A stretch of DNA of 64,000 nucleotides from Pelagomonas calceolata (Eukaryota), in contig CAKKNE010000004.1 of the NCBI GenBank assembly GCA_918797485.1, positions 1 through 64,000 on the forward strand, read 5' to 3'. The first letter of the stretch is position 1. Every line of letters starts with the position of its first letter. Position numbers and translations under genes: made by a program. The notes under the pieces are model-generated. The model was not told where the DNA came from. It did not search any database and saw only the letters and a list, made by a program, of their open reading frames with translations. Below are positions 44,022-53,600 of the stretch, piece after piece.

Positions 44022-44843
44022 ATGGCAGCCGACGAGGCGGCCGCGGCCGCGACGACGGACCAGCCCTCCATGACCAAGGACGAGGCGCCGGACTGGGTCC
44101 CGAACCGGGCCTTCCTCGACGCCTGCGCGAGCCTCGGCCTCGAGAAGCCGCCGTCGCTGCTCACGGACACGCCGGCCTACGAGCCGCCGAGGCCGCGCGA
44201 ACCGGAGGAACCGGAGCCCGACCCGGAGCCGGTGCGCGCCTCGGACGCGTTCGGCGGCGTGCGCGCGATGCTGGAGGCGACGGACCCCGTCGAGCGCGCC
44301 GTGACGGCCGCCATGGCCGCGAAGCAGCGGGCCAACGCGGCCCTGAAGGAGGGCGACGCGGCCCTGGCGCGCAAGCGCTACCTCGCGGCGCTCTGCGCGC
44401 TCGACGAGGTCGCCGGCCGCGCGCGCCAGGTCCTCATCGCGCGCAAAGTCTTGAGACGGGACGAAGACGACGTTCCGGAGACGCCGCTGCAGGCCGCGGC
44501 GCGCGAATCTTTGCTGTTGGAGGCGGAGCTGCGCCTGAACCTCGCCCAGGCCTGCCTGACCTGCGGCGACGCCGCCGCGGCCCTCGGGGCCTGCGACGCG
44601 TACTTCGCCCTCAAGGACGCGCCCGAGTCAAACGCGCGCGACGCCAAGGCGCACTTCCGCGCCGCGCGCGCGCTCGAGGCGCTGGACCGCCTCCAGGAGG
44701 CCGAGGGCCACCTGCGCGACGCGGCGGCGGCGGCGCCCGACGACCGCGGCGTCGCGGCGGCGCTCCGGCGCGTCCGCGCGGCGCGCGCGGCGAAGCGGAA
44801 GCACGTGCCCAAGGCGTCGTTTCGGGGCGTGCTGCTGTCGTGA
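44022..44843 (+). CDS. TPR protein (FKBP/cyclophilin-40-type three TPRs)
   Basis: KQRANAALKEGD, LRLNLAQACL and KAHFRAARA motifs. Confidence 0.85.
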   Translation: MAADEAAAAATTDQPSMTKDEAPDWVPNRAFLDACASLGLEKPPSLLTDTPAYEPPRPREPEEPEPDPEPVRASDAFGGVRAMLEATDPVERAVTAAMAAKQRANAALKEGDAALARKRYLAALCALDEVAGRARQVLIARKVLRRDEDDVPETPLQAAARESLLLEAELRLNLAQACLTCGDAAAALGACDAYFALKDAPESNARDAKAHFRAARALEALDRLQEAEGHLRDAAAAAPDDRGVAAALRRVRAARAAKRKHVPKASFRGVLLS

Positions 44844-44880
44844 GTAATTTGTGTGAACTGTAACATATACACAACAAATA

Positions 44881-45945
44881 TTACCTCCGGCGAACGACAT
44901 GCGCCGACTTCGCGGCCGTGTACGCGTGCGCGCGCATGTATCGCTCGAGGATGCGGTAGTTCTCCTCGCTGTAGCGCGGCAGCAGCATCGCGGGGCAGAC
45001 GTCGCGCGGCCACTCCATCTCGGTCGCCGTCGCGCATCGCCCGTGGTGTCGCTTGAAGACGAAGCGCCCGTCGCGGACGTACTTTTCGATTGTCGGGATA
45101 TCGACGATGGCGTGCCCGACCCGCTCAATAACGGGATTGAGGGGGCTCAGCCGAAACCAGACGAGTTTCTCGCAGCACCCCGGTTCCAGGTCAAACGCAC
45201 CCTCAGCTTTCACGTACTCGGCCATGGCGCGCTTCGTCGCGACGACGAAGTCGTCAATGTACATTTTTTGGCCGACCACGCACGGCACGAGGGCCGGCGC
45301 CCGCGCCTGCGCCATCGTCGCGGCCGCCGCGTCGAGGGCCAGGTCCTGGAGCAGGACGACGTCCGGCCGCGCTCGCACGACGAGTTCAATCGATTCGAAG
45401 AGCGGCGAGCGCTCGAGCGCCGCGTGGCAGCGCGCGACGGCCTCCCACTGGTATGCAAAGTGCAGTTTCAGCCGGTACTGGTCCGAGCCGCAGGTCTCGG
45501 CCCCGTAGAACGCGCACGTCGCGTTGGCGGACTCCGCGTACACGCGGGCGTGGTCCCAGTCCCGGACGACCGACCGGGCCGCCGCGGCGACGTCCGCTTG
45601 TTTGGCGGCGTCGTACGGGGCCTCGAGCCCGAGCCACCAGTTCCCGCGCCCGCCGTTCCGCTCGACGAGGGCGCACGACAGCGCCGGCCAGGTGACGAGG
45701 AACGTCCGCAGCCCGCCGGAGAGCTCGAGGGCATACTTTGGTTTTCTTGGCGGGGCGGCCTTTTTTCTGCCGCCGAACACGCGCGACCAGAACGATTGCG
45801 GTTTCGAGTGCTTCGGCGTCGTCGTCGTCGCGTTGCACTGGCAGCGCGGCGTCCAGGTAGCGTTCCGCCAGGCTGGCACGATCGAATGATTCCGCCTGCC
45901 CACGACCGCACGCGTCGTGAGCAGCGCGACGATGAGGCAGCGCAT
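44881..45945 (-). CDS. Secreted putative glycosyltransferase-like protein
   Basis: Signal peptide; ALELSGGLRTF, VVRARPDV and DDF motifs. Confidence 0.6.
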   Translation of the reverse strand: MRCLIVALLTTRAVVGRRNHSIVPAWRNATWTPRCQCNATTTTPKHSKPQSFWSRVFGGRKKAAPPRKPKYALELSGGLRTFLVTWPALSCALVERNGGRGNWWLGLEAPYDAAKQADVAAAARSVVRDWDHARVYAESANATCAFYGAETCGSDQYRLKLHFAYQWEAVARCHAALERSPLFESIELVVRARPDVVLLQDLALDAAAATMAQARAPALVPCVVGQKMYIDDFVVATKRAMAEYVKAEGAFDLEPGCCEKLVWFRLSPLNPVIERVGHAIVDIPTIEKYVRDGRFVFKRHHGRCATATEMEWPRDVCPAMLLPRYSEENYRILERYMRAHAYTAAKSAHVVRRR

Positions 45946-46180
45946 TGTTGTCAGTCACACTTGCAGCATCATGGGGGGCAGCGTGCAGTGATCAGAATGT
46001 GCAAGGCCGCACGAGATGCAGCCCCATGCAAAGACATGACAATGTCTGTGGCCACCACAATGACATTGTCATGCATAAAGAGGCTAGATAGAGGCTCTAG
46101 CTTAAAAACGCAAACGCCGCCCGGGCACGACGTGACATCATATAAGCAAGGCTACTTACGGGAGCAAGCAGCAGCGGAAC

Positions 46181-46723
46181 CTACTTCATGCAGCCGCACG
46201 TCGCCGCGCCGCCGCGCGCGTCCGCGTCGGCGTCGAGCTCCTCCCAGAGCTCCGGGTCCTTGATCCGCGCGAGGAGCTCCTCGCACTTGACCTTGACCTC
46301 GTCGCGCACGCGCCGGTACTCGGAAAGGTCCCCGGGGTCGATGGCCGGCGGGTCGTCGAGCGCCCAGTCCATGAACTTGAACTGCTCCTTCCAGGCCTTG
46401 AGGTCGTCGGGGTCGAGCTTCGCGCCGCAGCCGCAGCACGAGATGACGATGTCGAAGTCCGTGGCCTTAAAGTCCCGGATGTCGTCGCTCGTGAAACTCG
46501 AGATGTCGACGCCCGCCTCGCGCATGACCTCGACCGCGCCGGGCTTGACGGCCGTGCCGCCGACGATGCCCGCGCTCGCGACGCCGACCTCGGCGTCGCC
46601 CCGCAATTGCCGCAGCCAGCCGTCGGCCATCTGGCTCCGGCAGCTATTATGATTGCATAAAAACATGACGTTCGTCTTGTACTGCGGGCCGTGGGCGACC
46701 TCCTTCGCGGCGGCCTGGCCCAT
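46181..46723 (-). CDS. arsC: Arsenate reductase, LMW-PTP fold, cyanobacterial glutaredoxin-dependent type
   Basis: VMFLCNHNSCRSQMA P-loop, VISCCGCG, DWALDDP, RRVRDEV. Confidence 0.88.
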   Translation of the reverse strand: MGQAAAKEVAHGPQYKTNVMFLCNHNSCRSQMADGWLRQLRGDAEVGVASAGIVGGTAVKPGAVEVMREAGVDISSFTSDDIRDFKATDFDIVISCCGCGAKLDPDDLKAWKEQFKFMDWALDDPPAIDPGDLSEYRRVRDEVKVKCEELLARIKDPELWEELDADADARGGAATCGCMK

Positions 46724-46761
46724 TGTGATCCAGGTCTGCCCCTCCTTTGCTAGACTAGCAC

Positions 46762-46866
46762 CTGCGCGGGCGACGGACGCGGTCGCGAGCGGTCGGATAG
46801 ATGTGCGGCGCTGCGATGGCGTAGAGCGCGGCTGAACGACAGCGCTCAACGCAATTCAAGCGGTAC
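46762..46866 (-). other. Probable 5'UTR intron of arsC
   Basis: GTACCG...CCCGCGCAG|G ending 39 nt before the ATG; contains ACGCCATCGC core; donor inferred. Confidence 0.45.
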
Positions 46867-47267
46867 GTCGCCGCGCCGCCCGAGATTCCAAAGCCCGATG
46901 CAGAGCCAAGCTGCCCTTAAGTCATGTGGTAACGTCCGCGTCGCCAGCCCAGCGCTGCGAATTCGCTAATCGACGATTCTGGACACAGTTCTTGACACCA
47001 AAACAGCAAGCTGATGCGCAGCGAGGAACTGCTGGAGCCGCTCTCCTAAAACAAGAAACTGACGGGTTTTTCACGGATTTTAGGAAGGACGTCCTAAGAG
47101 GGGCTAGCTCAATTAACGATTTCTCTCTCTCTCTCTCGACGTCGAAAACCAGAGGAACACACCACTAGATCAAACAACGCGGCGGGTCGCGGCTAGGCAG
47201 CCTAGCTCTAAGCAAAGCAAAGAAATGCCAACTTGAAAAAGACCTCAGGCTCAAAAAGACCAAAAAA

Positions 47268-49244
47268 TTAGCAAACGGCCACCGCATCACCACCTTCGGC
47301 GACGCGAAACAGGTACTCGCCGAAGGTCACGCGCTTCTCGCCGCCCGGCCCGCCGCCGCGCGACACGCGCAAATCCGCGAGCGACGCGCGCCCGTCGGCC
47401 GACCGCACGCGCTCGAAGGCGGCGGCGAGGGCCTCCTCCTTCTCGGGGGACAGCGGCGGCGGCGGCGGCGCGGGCAGCGGCGCCCGCTTCGGCCGCGGCT
47501 TCTGGCGCTTCTTCGGTTCCAACGGAGGCGCCTTCGCACCCAAGCGCGCGACGCGCGGCGGCGGCGGCGCGGCGCGCTTCGTCCGATTCGCGGCTCGCAA
47601 CGGCTTTTGCGGCGGCCGCCGCTGCGCGCGGCCGTCGCCCCGCAGCTCCGCCGCGATGAACGTGTGGCCGCGCGGCAGGAGCCGCGACCCCGGCTGCTTT
47701 TGCCGCACGACCGCGCGCGGCGGTGATAAGGGAGGCGGCGGCGGCGGCGCGGCGGGGTCGGGCACGGGCTCAAACACCACGCCCTCGCCCGGGTCGTGGC
47801 TCACGTTCGTCGCGAGCGCGAGCCAGGGGTCGCCGCGCGGCCGTTCGGGCGACGGCGGCGGCGGTCGTACGGGCGAGAGCACGGCGTCCGGCGCCACGAA
47901 GACCTCGGGCGGCGGCAGGTCGGCGGTCGCGTAGTAGAAGGGCTTCGGGCAGTCGCCGACGTAGCACCGGTCGTCGTCGTCGTCGACGAGCACGGCCTCG
48001 CCCCGGAACACGTCCAGCGACCGGTAGGGGTAGGTCATCGTCGTCCGGTGGGGCGAGACGGGCGGCGGCGCCCGCGCGTGGTGCTTCAGATGGGGCGCCT
48101 CGACGTCGGGCCGCGCCGCCGCGAAGGCCGGCGCCTCCGCGACAACGTCGGGCCCCGCCGCCGGCTCGCCGTAGGCCTCCTCGTAGACCTCCGGCTTTTC
48201 CGCGGGCTCGCCGTAGTCCTCCTCATAGGGCACGCCAGCTTTGATAACTTCGCACGCGCCGAGCGCCTCCACCTCAGGCGCTTCTGCCGCAATCTCGTCG
48301 GCGAAGTCCCGCGCGTGGGCCTCCTCGGGGAAGTCGATGCGGCAGTCGACGACGAGCGAGCCCGCGCGGAAATTTGTGATCGTGACGCGGTCCGGCGACA
48401 CGCCGGCCCGGCGCGCGAGCGTCTCAATTAGAGCCGCCTTGGCCTTGTCGTCGAAGGCCGCGACCGTCGCGCCCGCGAAGACCAGCGTCGCCTCCGCGGC
48501 GCATCTATTGGAGGGAGAAAAGGCCCCGGGCGACTTGCGGGGCGACGGCGGCGAGAACGTCTCGGTCGACGGCGGCGCATCGTTGAGGTCGTCGTCGGAC
48601 CACGCCAGGTCCAGCTGGCCGGCGCCCGACTGGCGCACCTCACCCGGACTGCCGTCACTGGACTTGGGACGGAGCGCGTCGCCGACGGGCAGGTCGACGG
48701 ACAGCCGTAGCTGCTGCACGGGCGCCCCGGCCCCGAGGCACTTGCGGAGGCCCGCGTCGAGCGACGCCAGCGACACCGACACCGTCGCCGCGCCCACGAC
48801 CCGCCCGTGCGCGTTTTCTAATAAAATGCGGCACTCGGCCCGGCCCCACGTCCGCACGGCGCCGAGCGGCGCCTCGTTCTCCTCGTTCTCCCCGAAGTTC
48901 GGCAAGGCGACCTTCGACGACCCGTAGAGCCGCCGGCGCACGGGCCGGCCCGCCTCGACGGCGTGGCAGAGCAGCGCGGCGTCGCGCCGCTGCTCCAACT
49001 TCTTCGCCAGCTCCCCTTCACGTGCTTCAAACACGCAGCGCTTGCCGCCGCCGTACCAGCACGACCCGCGGTGGTTGCCCCGCGCGCCGCTCGGCGGCTC
49101 GACGACCACTGGGGCATAATCTAAAAACCGCAGCGCGAGCGCGGGCGGCGCCTCGCGCAGCCGCTTCGGCAGGCGCTCGACGCGGTGCACGTAGAGCTCG
49201 AGGCAGAAGAGGGCCTCGGCGTCCGAGGCGTCGTCGCCGGCCAT
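47268..49244 (-). CDS. MAP10/DUF4497-like N-terminal domain protein, Pro-rich
   Basis: LFCLELYV...ALRFLDYAP...GGGKRCVF motif; SEA-like segment DRVTITNFRAGSLVVD. Confidence 0.65.
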   Translation of the reverse strand: MAGDDASDAEALFCLELYVHRVERLPKRLREAPPALALRFLDYAPVVVEPPSGARGNHRGSCWYGGGKRCVFEAREGELAKKLEQRRDAALLCHAVEAGRPVRRRLYGSSKVALPNFGENEENEAPLGAVRTWGRAECRILLENAHGRVVGAATVSVSLASLDAGLRKCLGAGAPVQQLRLSVDLPVGDALRPKSSDGSPGEVRQSGAGQLDLAWSDDDLNDAPPSTETFSPPSPRKSPGAFSPSNRCAAEATLVFAGATVAAFDDKAKAALIETLARRAGVSPDRVTITNFRAGSLVVDCRIDFPEEAHARDFADEIAAEAPEVEALGACEVIKAGVPYEEDYGEPAEKPEVYEEAYGEPAAGPDVVAEAPAFAAARPDVEAPHLKHHARAPPPVSPHRTTMTYPYRSLDVFRGEAVLVDDDDDRCYVGDCPKPFYYATADLPPPEVFVAPDAVLSPVRPPPPSPERPRGDPWLALATNVSHDPGEGVVFEPVPDPAAPPPPPPLSPPRAVVRQKQPGSRLLPRGHTFIAAELRGDGRAQRRPPQKPLRAANRTKRAAPPPPRVARLGAKAPPLEPKKRQKPRPKRAPLPAPPPPPLSPEKEEALAAAFERVRSADGRASLADLRVSRGGGPGGEKRVTFGEYLFRVAEGGDAVAVC

Positions 49245-49548
49245 CGTTGATGTCCTGTGCTTTTTTGGGGTGGCTGCCCACTGTCCCCACTGTCAGCCGT
49301 AGACGGCGTGCGCGATGCACCCGCGCGTTCCGGGCGCAGAGGTCCTCGGCGGCGCCGCGCAGACGCTTCCAAGGCCGCGCGGGCAGCGTTCGGAGGCCGT
49401 GCTCGCGGTGCAATTACGAGCAAACGGATGCAGCCAACCGGCGCCCCGAATTGATGCCTTTAGCGGCGCGATCGTCGCGTACGACCCCTCGGACCGCGAG
49501 CGCTCCTTGCATACTACTCGGCACGGGAGCTTCCGACAAATACACTTA

Positions 49549-50001
49549 CTACAGAGGTGAGGTGGCGTCGAGGCACCAGCCCACGGGGTTCGACAGGCAG
49601 CCGCTTGTCCGCCGTCTATCTCGTTCCTCCTCCCGCCGCTCCAGGCGCGCGGACTCGTCCAGCGCCCGCCGGTACAACTCCTGCTCGGCCGTGACGTACG
49701 GAGCCTCGCTTGGCACGAAGCCCGGCGCCTTGCTCTCTTCGGCGCCGTCGTCGCGTGCTGGCGACGAGCTTAAGGCGTCGTCGACGAACTCTGCTACACT
49801 TGGGTGCTGTGCGGCGCGCAGGGCGCTCTCGTCGTCGTCCACGAAGGTCACCCGCTTAGGTGTTGCTCCGTTCGCGTCGCCTTCCGGACGTCGCGTCGAC
49901 CCGCCACCGTTCGGCTGGTCCAGATCCGCGAGCGACGTCAAATGCGGGCGGTCCTCGGTGTCCTTTTTGGCTCTGGTCCACCACGACACCTCGGCAGCCA
50001 T
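49549..50001 (-). CDS. Hypothetical protein
   Basis: ATG-initiated ORF with RVTF (PP1-docking-like) motif. Confidence 0.5.
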   Translation of the reverse strand: MAAEVSWWTRAKKDTEDRPHLTSLADLDQPNGGGSTRRPEGDANGATPKRVTFVDDDESALRAAQHPSVAEFVDDALSSSPARDDGAEESKAPGFVPSEAPYVTAEQELYRRALDESARLERREEERDRRRTSGCLSNPVGWCLDATSPL

Positions 50002-50116
50002 GGGGCAGCCTTCTTTGGGGGGCAGCCGCAACGCGCCCCCGATTATGGCTTGTAACGAGAATTATGCCTCAAACCAGGCGTGCACTGAGCTGCAGCGCGC
50101 GCTGAGCCTCAGGAGT

Positions 50117-50138
50117 TCTAGTGTGTGAGCACGCTAGC
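50117..50138 (+). promoter_or_regulatory. CTAG-bounded element, divergent copy 8
   Basis: CTAGTGTGTGAGCACGCTAGC between divergent ATGs 50001 and 50317. Confidence 0.45.
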
Positions 50139-50316
50139 TGACCGCTGCAACAAAAAACGCCTGTCCTCTCATCCCTGGCGCAACAAGCGACTGTCCCGCG
50201 GCCTCGTCGTGTCTCAGAGACGCCAGCCGACGATCGCTGCAAGGTCAGCGCGGCGTAGATAGCTCCCAGCCCAGCCAGGCGCCCAGCCCGGCGCCGCGCG
50301 CGCCGCCGCGCGAGCC

Positions 50317-50910
50317 ATGTTCTCCCTCCTCGAAGCGCTCAGGGAGACCTGCTTCCGCAAGCCGGAGGTAAATATATGCGTGCTGGGATTAGATGGAGCG
50401 GGCAAGACGACGGTCCTCGAACGCGCGAAGGGCCTCTTCGGCAGCCGGCTCCCCGCAATGCCGCCGGACAAGATCCAGCCGACGGTCGGCATGAACCTGG
50501 CCAAGTTGGATGTGAGTGGGTGTCGCGTGACGTTCTGGGATCTCGGGGGCGCGGCGCGCGTGCGCTCGCTCTGGCCGCGGTATTATGCCGACGCGCACGG
50601 CTGGGTCTACGTCGTCGACGCCGCGGACGCGGATCGACTGCGGGAGGCGCGCGACGCCTTCGACCAGGCCTGCGACCACCCGGATTTGAGAGATGCGCCC
50701 TGTGTGGTACTGGCGAACAAGCAGGACTCGGGGTCGGCGTGCGGCGCGGACGAACTGGCGACACTCCTCGAGATACGGCTCAAGAACGACGCGCGGCGGG
50801 TCGTCGACCTGCGGCCGGCGTCGGCGCTCGACGCGCCCGCGTCCGTGCGGGACGCAGTCGCGTGGCTCGTCGACGCGGCGCGGGAGCGCGTCGCGCCGGC
50901 GGCGGCGTAA
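50317..50910 (+). CDS. ARFRP1: ADP-ribosylation factor-related protein 1 (ARF-like GTPase)
   Basis: MFSLL N-terminus, GLDGAGKTT, PTVGMN, WDLGG, LANKQD. Confidence 0.88.
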   Translation: MFSLLEALRETCFRKPEVNICVLGLDGAGKTTVLERAKGLFGSRLPAMPPDKIQPTVGMNLAKLDVSGCRVTFWDLGGAARVRSLWPRYYADAHGWVYVVDAADADRLREARDAFDQACDHPDLRDAPCVVLANKQDSGSACGADELATLLEIRLKNDARRVVDLRPASALDAPASVRDAVAWLVDAARERVAPAAA

Positions 50911-50995
50911 GGTGTTGGTTTTAATTGAATGCATCTTTTGGCGTCGTATTGCCGTCGTCCGACGTTCGAGATTTACGACATAGTTACTAGTATAC

Positions 50996-51650
50996 CTACT
51001 TCGCGCGCTTCGCCTCGGGCTCGTCGGCGGCGTCGACGTCGACCGCACGCTTCTTCGCCTCCTCGTCGCGCTCGTCCTGCGTCTGGACGCCCGTCACCTC
51101 GACCTCGCTCCGCAGAGTCTTGAACTTCACCGGTGGCGACGCGGGACCCCAGCCGAAGCCGTTGACTCCCAGGACGTTGACCTCGTACTCCGTGTTCGGG
51201 GCCAGGCCTTGGACGACGACGCCCATCAATGGGTTTGTGTTGGTCAAGCGACAGCGGTTCTCGTCGTAGTTGGGATCCGTCGTACTAATGAGTTTGTGGT
51301 CCTGGCTATTGTAGTAGAGCACCGGGCCACCGGGGACGACCCGCATCACAACGGACATCATCTCCGTACCATCGGTAGGCGGGTTCGTGAAATTGACGCG
51401 GACGCTGTCCTCGCCAATCTTCGATACTAGTGGCACGGCAGGGGCGCGCGGCGCGTGATCCAACAATCTAATTTTCGTCGTCGGCCCAAAGGCCGACCAG
51501 GCAACACCATTGAACGCCGCCACACTGATGCTATATTCGACGTCGTTGGCGGGCAGGGTCAGCCTTAAATGTCCCTGCCCGCTAGTCACGTCGTAATAAG
51601 AAGTAGCATGCGCCGAAGGGGAAGTGACGAGGCTATTGAGCGGGCTCGAC
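50996..51650 (-). pseudogene. Fibronectin type III protein, 5'-truncated
   Basis: EYSISVAAFNGVAWS and GLAPNTEYEVNVLGVNGFGWGPAS; begins mid-domain with no ATG. Confidence 0.6.
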
Positions 51651-51651
51651 A

Positions 51652-52710
51652 GCCCACGACAAGACGACGAGCTGGACGCCTCCCGTCCAAGTCGTGGCTG
51701 GCGTCCCGGTCCGGCAGGCACCGGCCCAGGCGCCGGCCGCCGACCCCGTCATCAAGCCCTCTGGCGTCCGCAGAGCGCTCCTCGTCGGCATTAACTACCC
51801 CGGCTCGCGGTGCGCCTTGAGAGGGTGCGTGAATGACGCCCTCCGAATGAGAGATCTGTTGCTTTCGAGCGGCTTCGAAGATAAATGGATAAGATTGCTC
51901 CGAGACGACGGCAAGGGCCGCCGCGCGTCGTCGTCGCGGCTCCACGAGTCGACGGCGATGCCGACGAGAAGCAACATCATCGAAGGCCTCCGGTGGCTGG
52001 TGCGAAGCGCCAAGCGCGGCGACTGCTTGTTCTTCCATTTCAGCGGCCACGGCGGCCAGGTACGCGACCACTCCGGCGACGAGGCCGACGGTTATGACGA
52101 GACGATCGTGCCCTGCGACTACAAGCGCGCCGGGCAAATTACGGACGATGAATTATTCAAAATTCTCGTCAAGGACCTCCCGGAGGGCTGCAAGCTTACG
52201 GCCGTGATGGATTGTTGCCATAGTGGCACGGGCCTTGATCTCCCGTACGACTACCAAAGTGGCCGCGGCTGGCGCTGCGAGGATGTTCCTTTCCATACCC
52301 GCGGCGACGTACAGATGTTGAGTGGTTGCGAGGACGACCAAACTTCTGCGGACACGTATCACAACTTCTCGGCGGGCGGCGCGATGACGAACGCGCTGCT
52401 CAAGGCTCTGAAGGATAACCCGCTCCCGCTCTACCCGGATTTGTTCCGCGCTTTGCACGCGAACCTACGGAAGAAGGGCTTCCGCCAGCGGCCGCAGCTC
52501 ACGTCGTCGCAACCCTTTGACGTGACCAATCGCGTGTTCTCGCTCACGGACGGGTTCGTCCCGAACCACAACGCGGTCTACGGCGAGCCGCCCGGGGCGA
52601 AGCATCGGCATCGCCGCCGCCGCCGCCGCCGCGGGACGGGAGGCATGGGCCTCGAAGGAGTGCTCGCGGCGGGCCTGGGCGCGGGCATCCTGGCATCGGT
52701 GTTCGGCTAG
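51652..52710 (+). CDS. Metacaspase (C14B), 5' end missing or spliced
   Basis: ALLVGINY, LRGCVND, FHFSGHG (His) and MDCCHSG (Cys); in-frame TGA at 51637 and no ATG before the domain. Confidence 0.85.
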   Translation, partial: AHDKTTSWTPPVQVVAGVPVRQAPAQAPAADPVIKPSGVRRALLVGINYPGSRCALRGCVNDALRMRDLLLSSGFEDKWIRLLRDDGKGRRASSSRLHESTAMPTRSNIIEGLRWLVRSAKRGDCLFFHFSGHGGQVRDHSGDEADGYDETIVPCDYKRAGQITDDELFKILVKDLPEGCKLTAVMDCCHSGTGLDLPYDYQSGRGWRCEDVPFHTRGDVQMLSGCEDDQTSADTYHNFSAGGAMTNALLKALKDNPLPLYPDLFRALHANLRKKGFRQRPQLTSSQPFDVTNRVFSLTDGFVPNHNAVYGEPPGAKHRHRRRRRRRGTGGMGLEGVLAAGLGAGILASVFG

Positions 52711-52739
52711 ACTCCCTAAGGTACATACAAGAGCTTAAA

Positions 52740-53288
52740 CTACGGCGGCTCGTAGTCCGGGTCGAAGCCGGCCTTGACCAGCGTCCCGGGGGGCATCATC
52801 TTCCGCCACTTGCCCATCTCCCGCGCGAAGTCGGCGCACTCGACGACATCCAGCTCGATCTCGAAGCCCCTCGCCTTGTGCTCCGAGTCCGGGGGGAAGA
52901 TGTTGACCGCGACCGTCGGGCTCCCCTCGCGCGGCGTGAAGATGGGATTTGTGGAGACGTGGGGCTGGCCATGTTTGGCTTCCACAACGTGGTAGGCCGT
53001 GCAGTTGTCGACGAAGGCGCAGTTCACGCAGATGCAGTTCAGTTGCGTCGCTGGCCTACGTCTCGTGCGCGGCAGCGCGGCGCACGTCGGCGCCGGCCGA
53101 TGCCTCGGCGGCGCGGCGCGCGGCGCGAAGGCCACTGCGCAGCCGGCGATGAGCAGCGCGCTCCACCGCGAGTATCGAGTTGTCCATGCGTGCGGTCCGG
53201 CGCTCCTTGAACGCCGCCTCCGCGTTGGCTGTTGTGGAAATCCAGCCGTTCGCTTTGGTGGTCTATTTTCACGACGGGGAGTCGCCAT
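52740..53288 (-). CDS. ycf34: Ycf34-like plastid-targeted protein
   Basis: CICVNC..VDNCTAYHVVEAKHGQPH; bipartite signal with AVA-FAP cleavage motif; start uncertain. Confidence 0.82.
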   Translation of the reverse strand: MATPRRENRPPKRTAGFPQQPTRRRRSRSAGPHAWTTRYSRWSALLIAGCAVAFAPRAAPPRHRPAPTCAALPRTRRRPATQLNCICVNCAFVDNCTAYHVVEAKHGQPHVSTNPIFTPREGSPTVAVNIFPPDSEHKARGFEIELDVVECADFAREMGKWRKMMPPGTLVKAGFDPDYEPP

Positions 53289-53404
53289 CTTAGGTACCAG
53301 TGTTTTGGGCACGTATAGCTCGTGGTTGTCGACTTCCAGCCCACCTCTGTCGTCTGGCTGAAGCAGCACGCGGCTCGCAGCCTTGGGCCACGCGCGCCGA
53401 ATTA

Positions 53405-53428
53405 TCTAGCGGCCTGTAAGGCACTAGA
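53405..53428 (-). promoter_or_regulatory. CTAG-bounded element, copy 9
   Basis: rc TCTAGTGCCTTACAGGCCGCTAGA between divergent ATGs 53288 and 53601. Confidence 0.7.
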
Positions 53429-53600
53429 AAAAAGCAGCCTTGCCTTTTGCCCAGCCTCAAACGCGCTTTAGCAGAGACTCACCGCCTCACATTAGTCATT
53501 TCGTTCCTCCATACAGCTGTGCTGCCGAAGATCTTGAGCTATAACTGCAGCGAAGTCAAAATAAAGCTCCTCCCAGAGAGGCTCACTGGCACGCGTAGCG

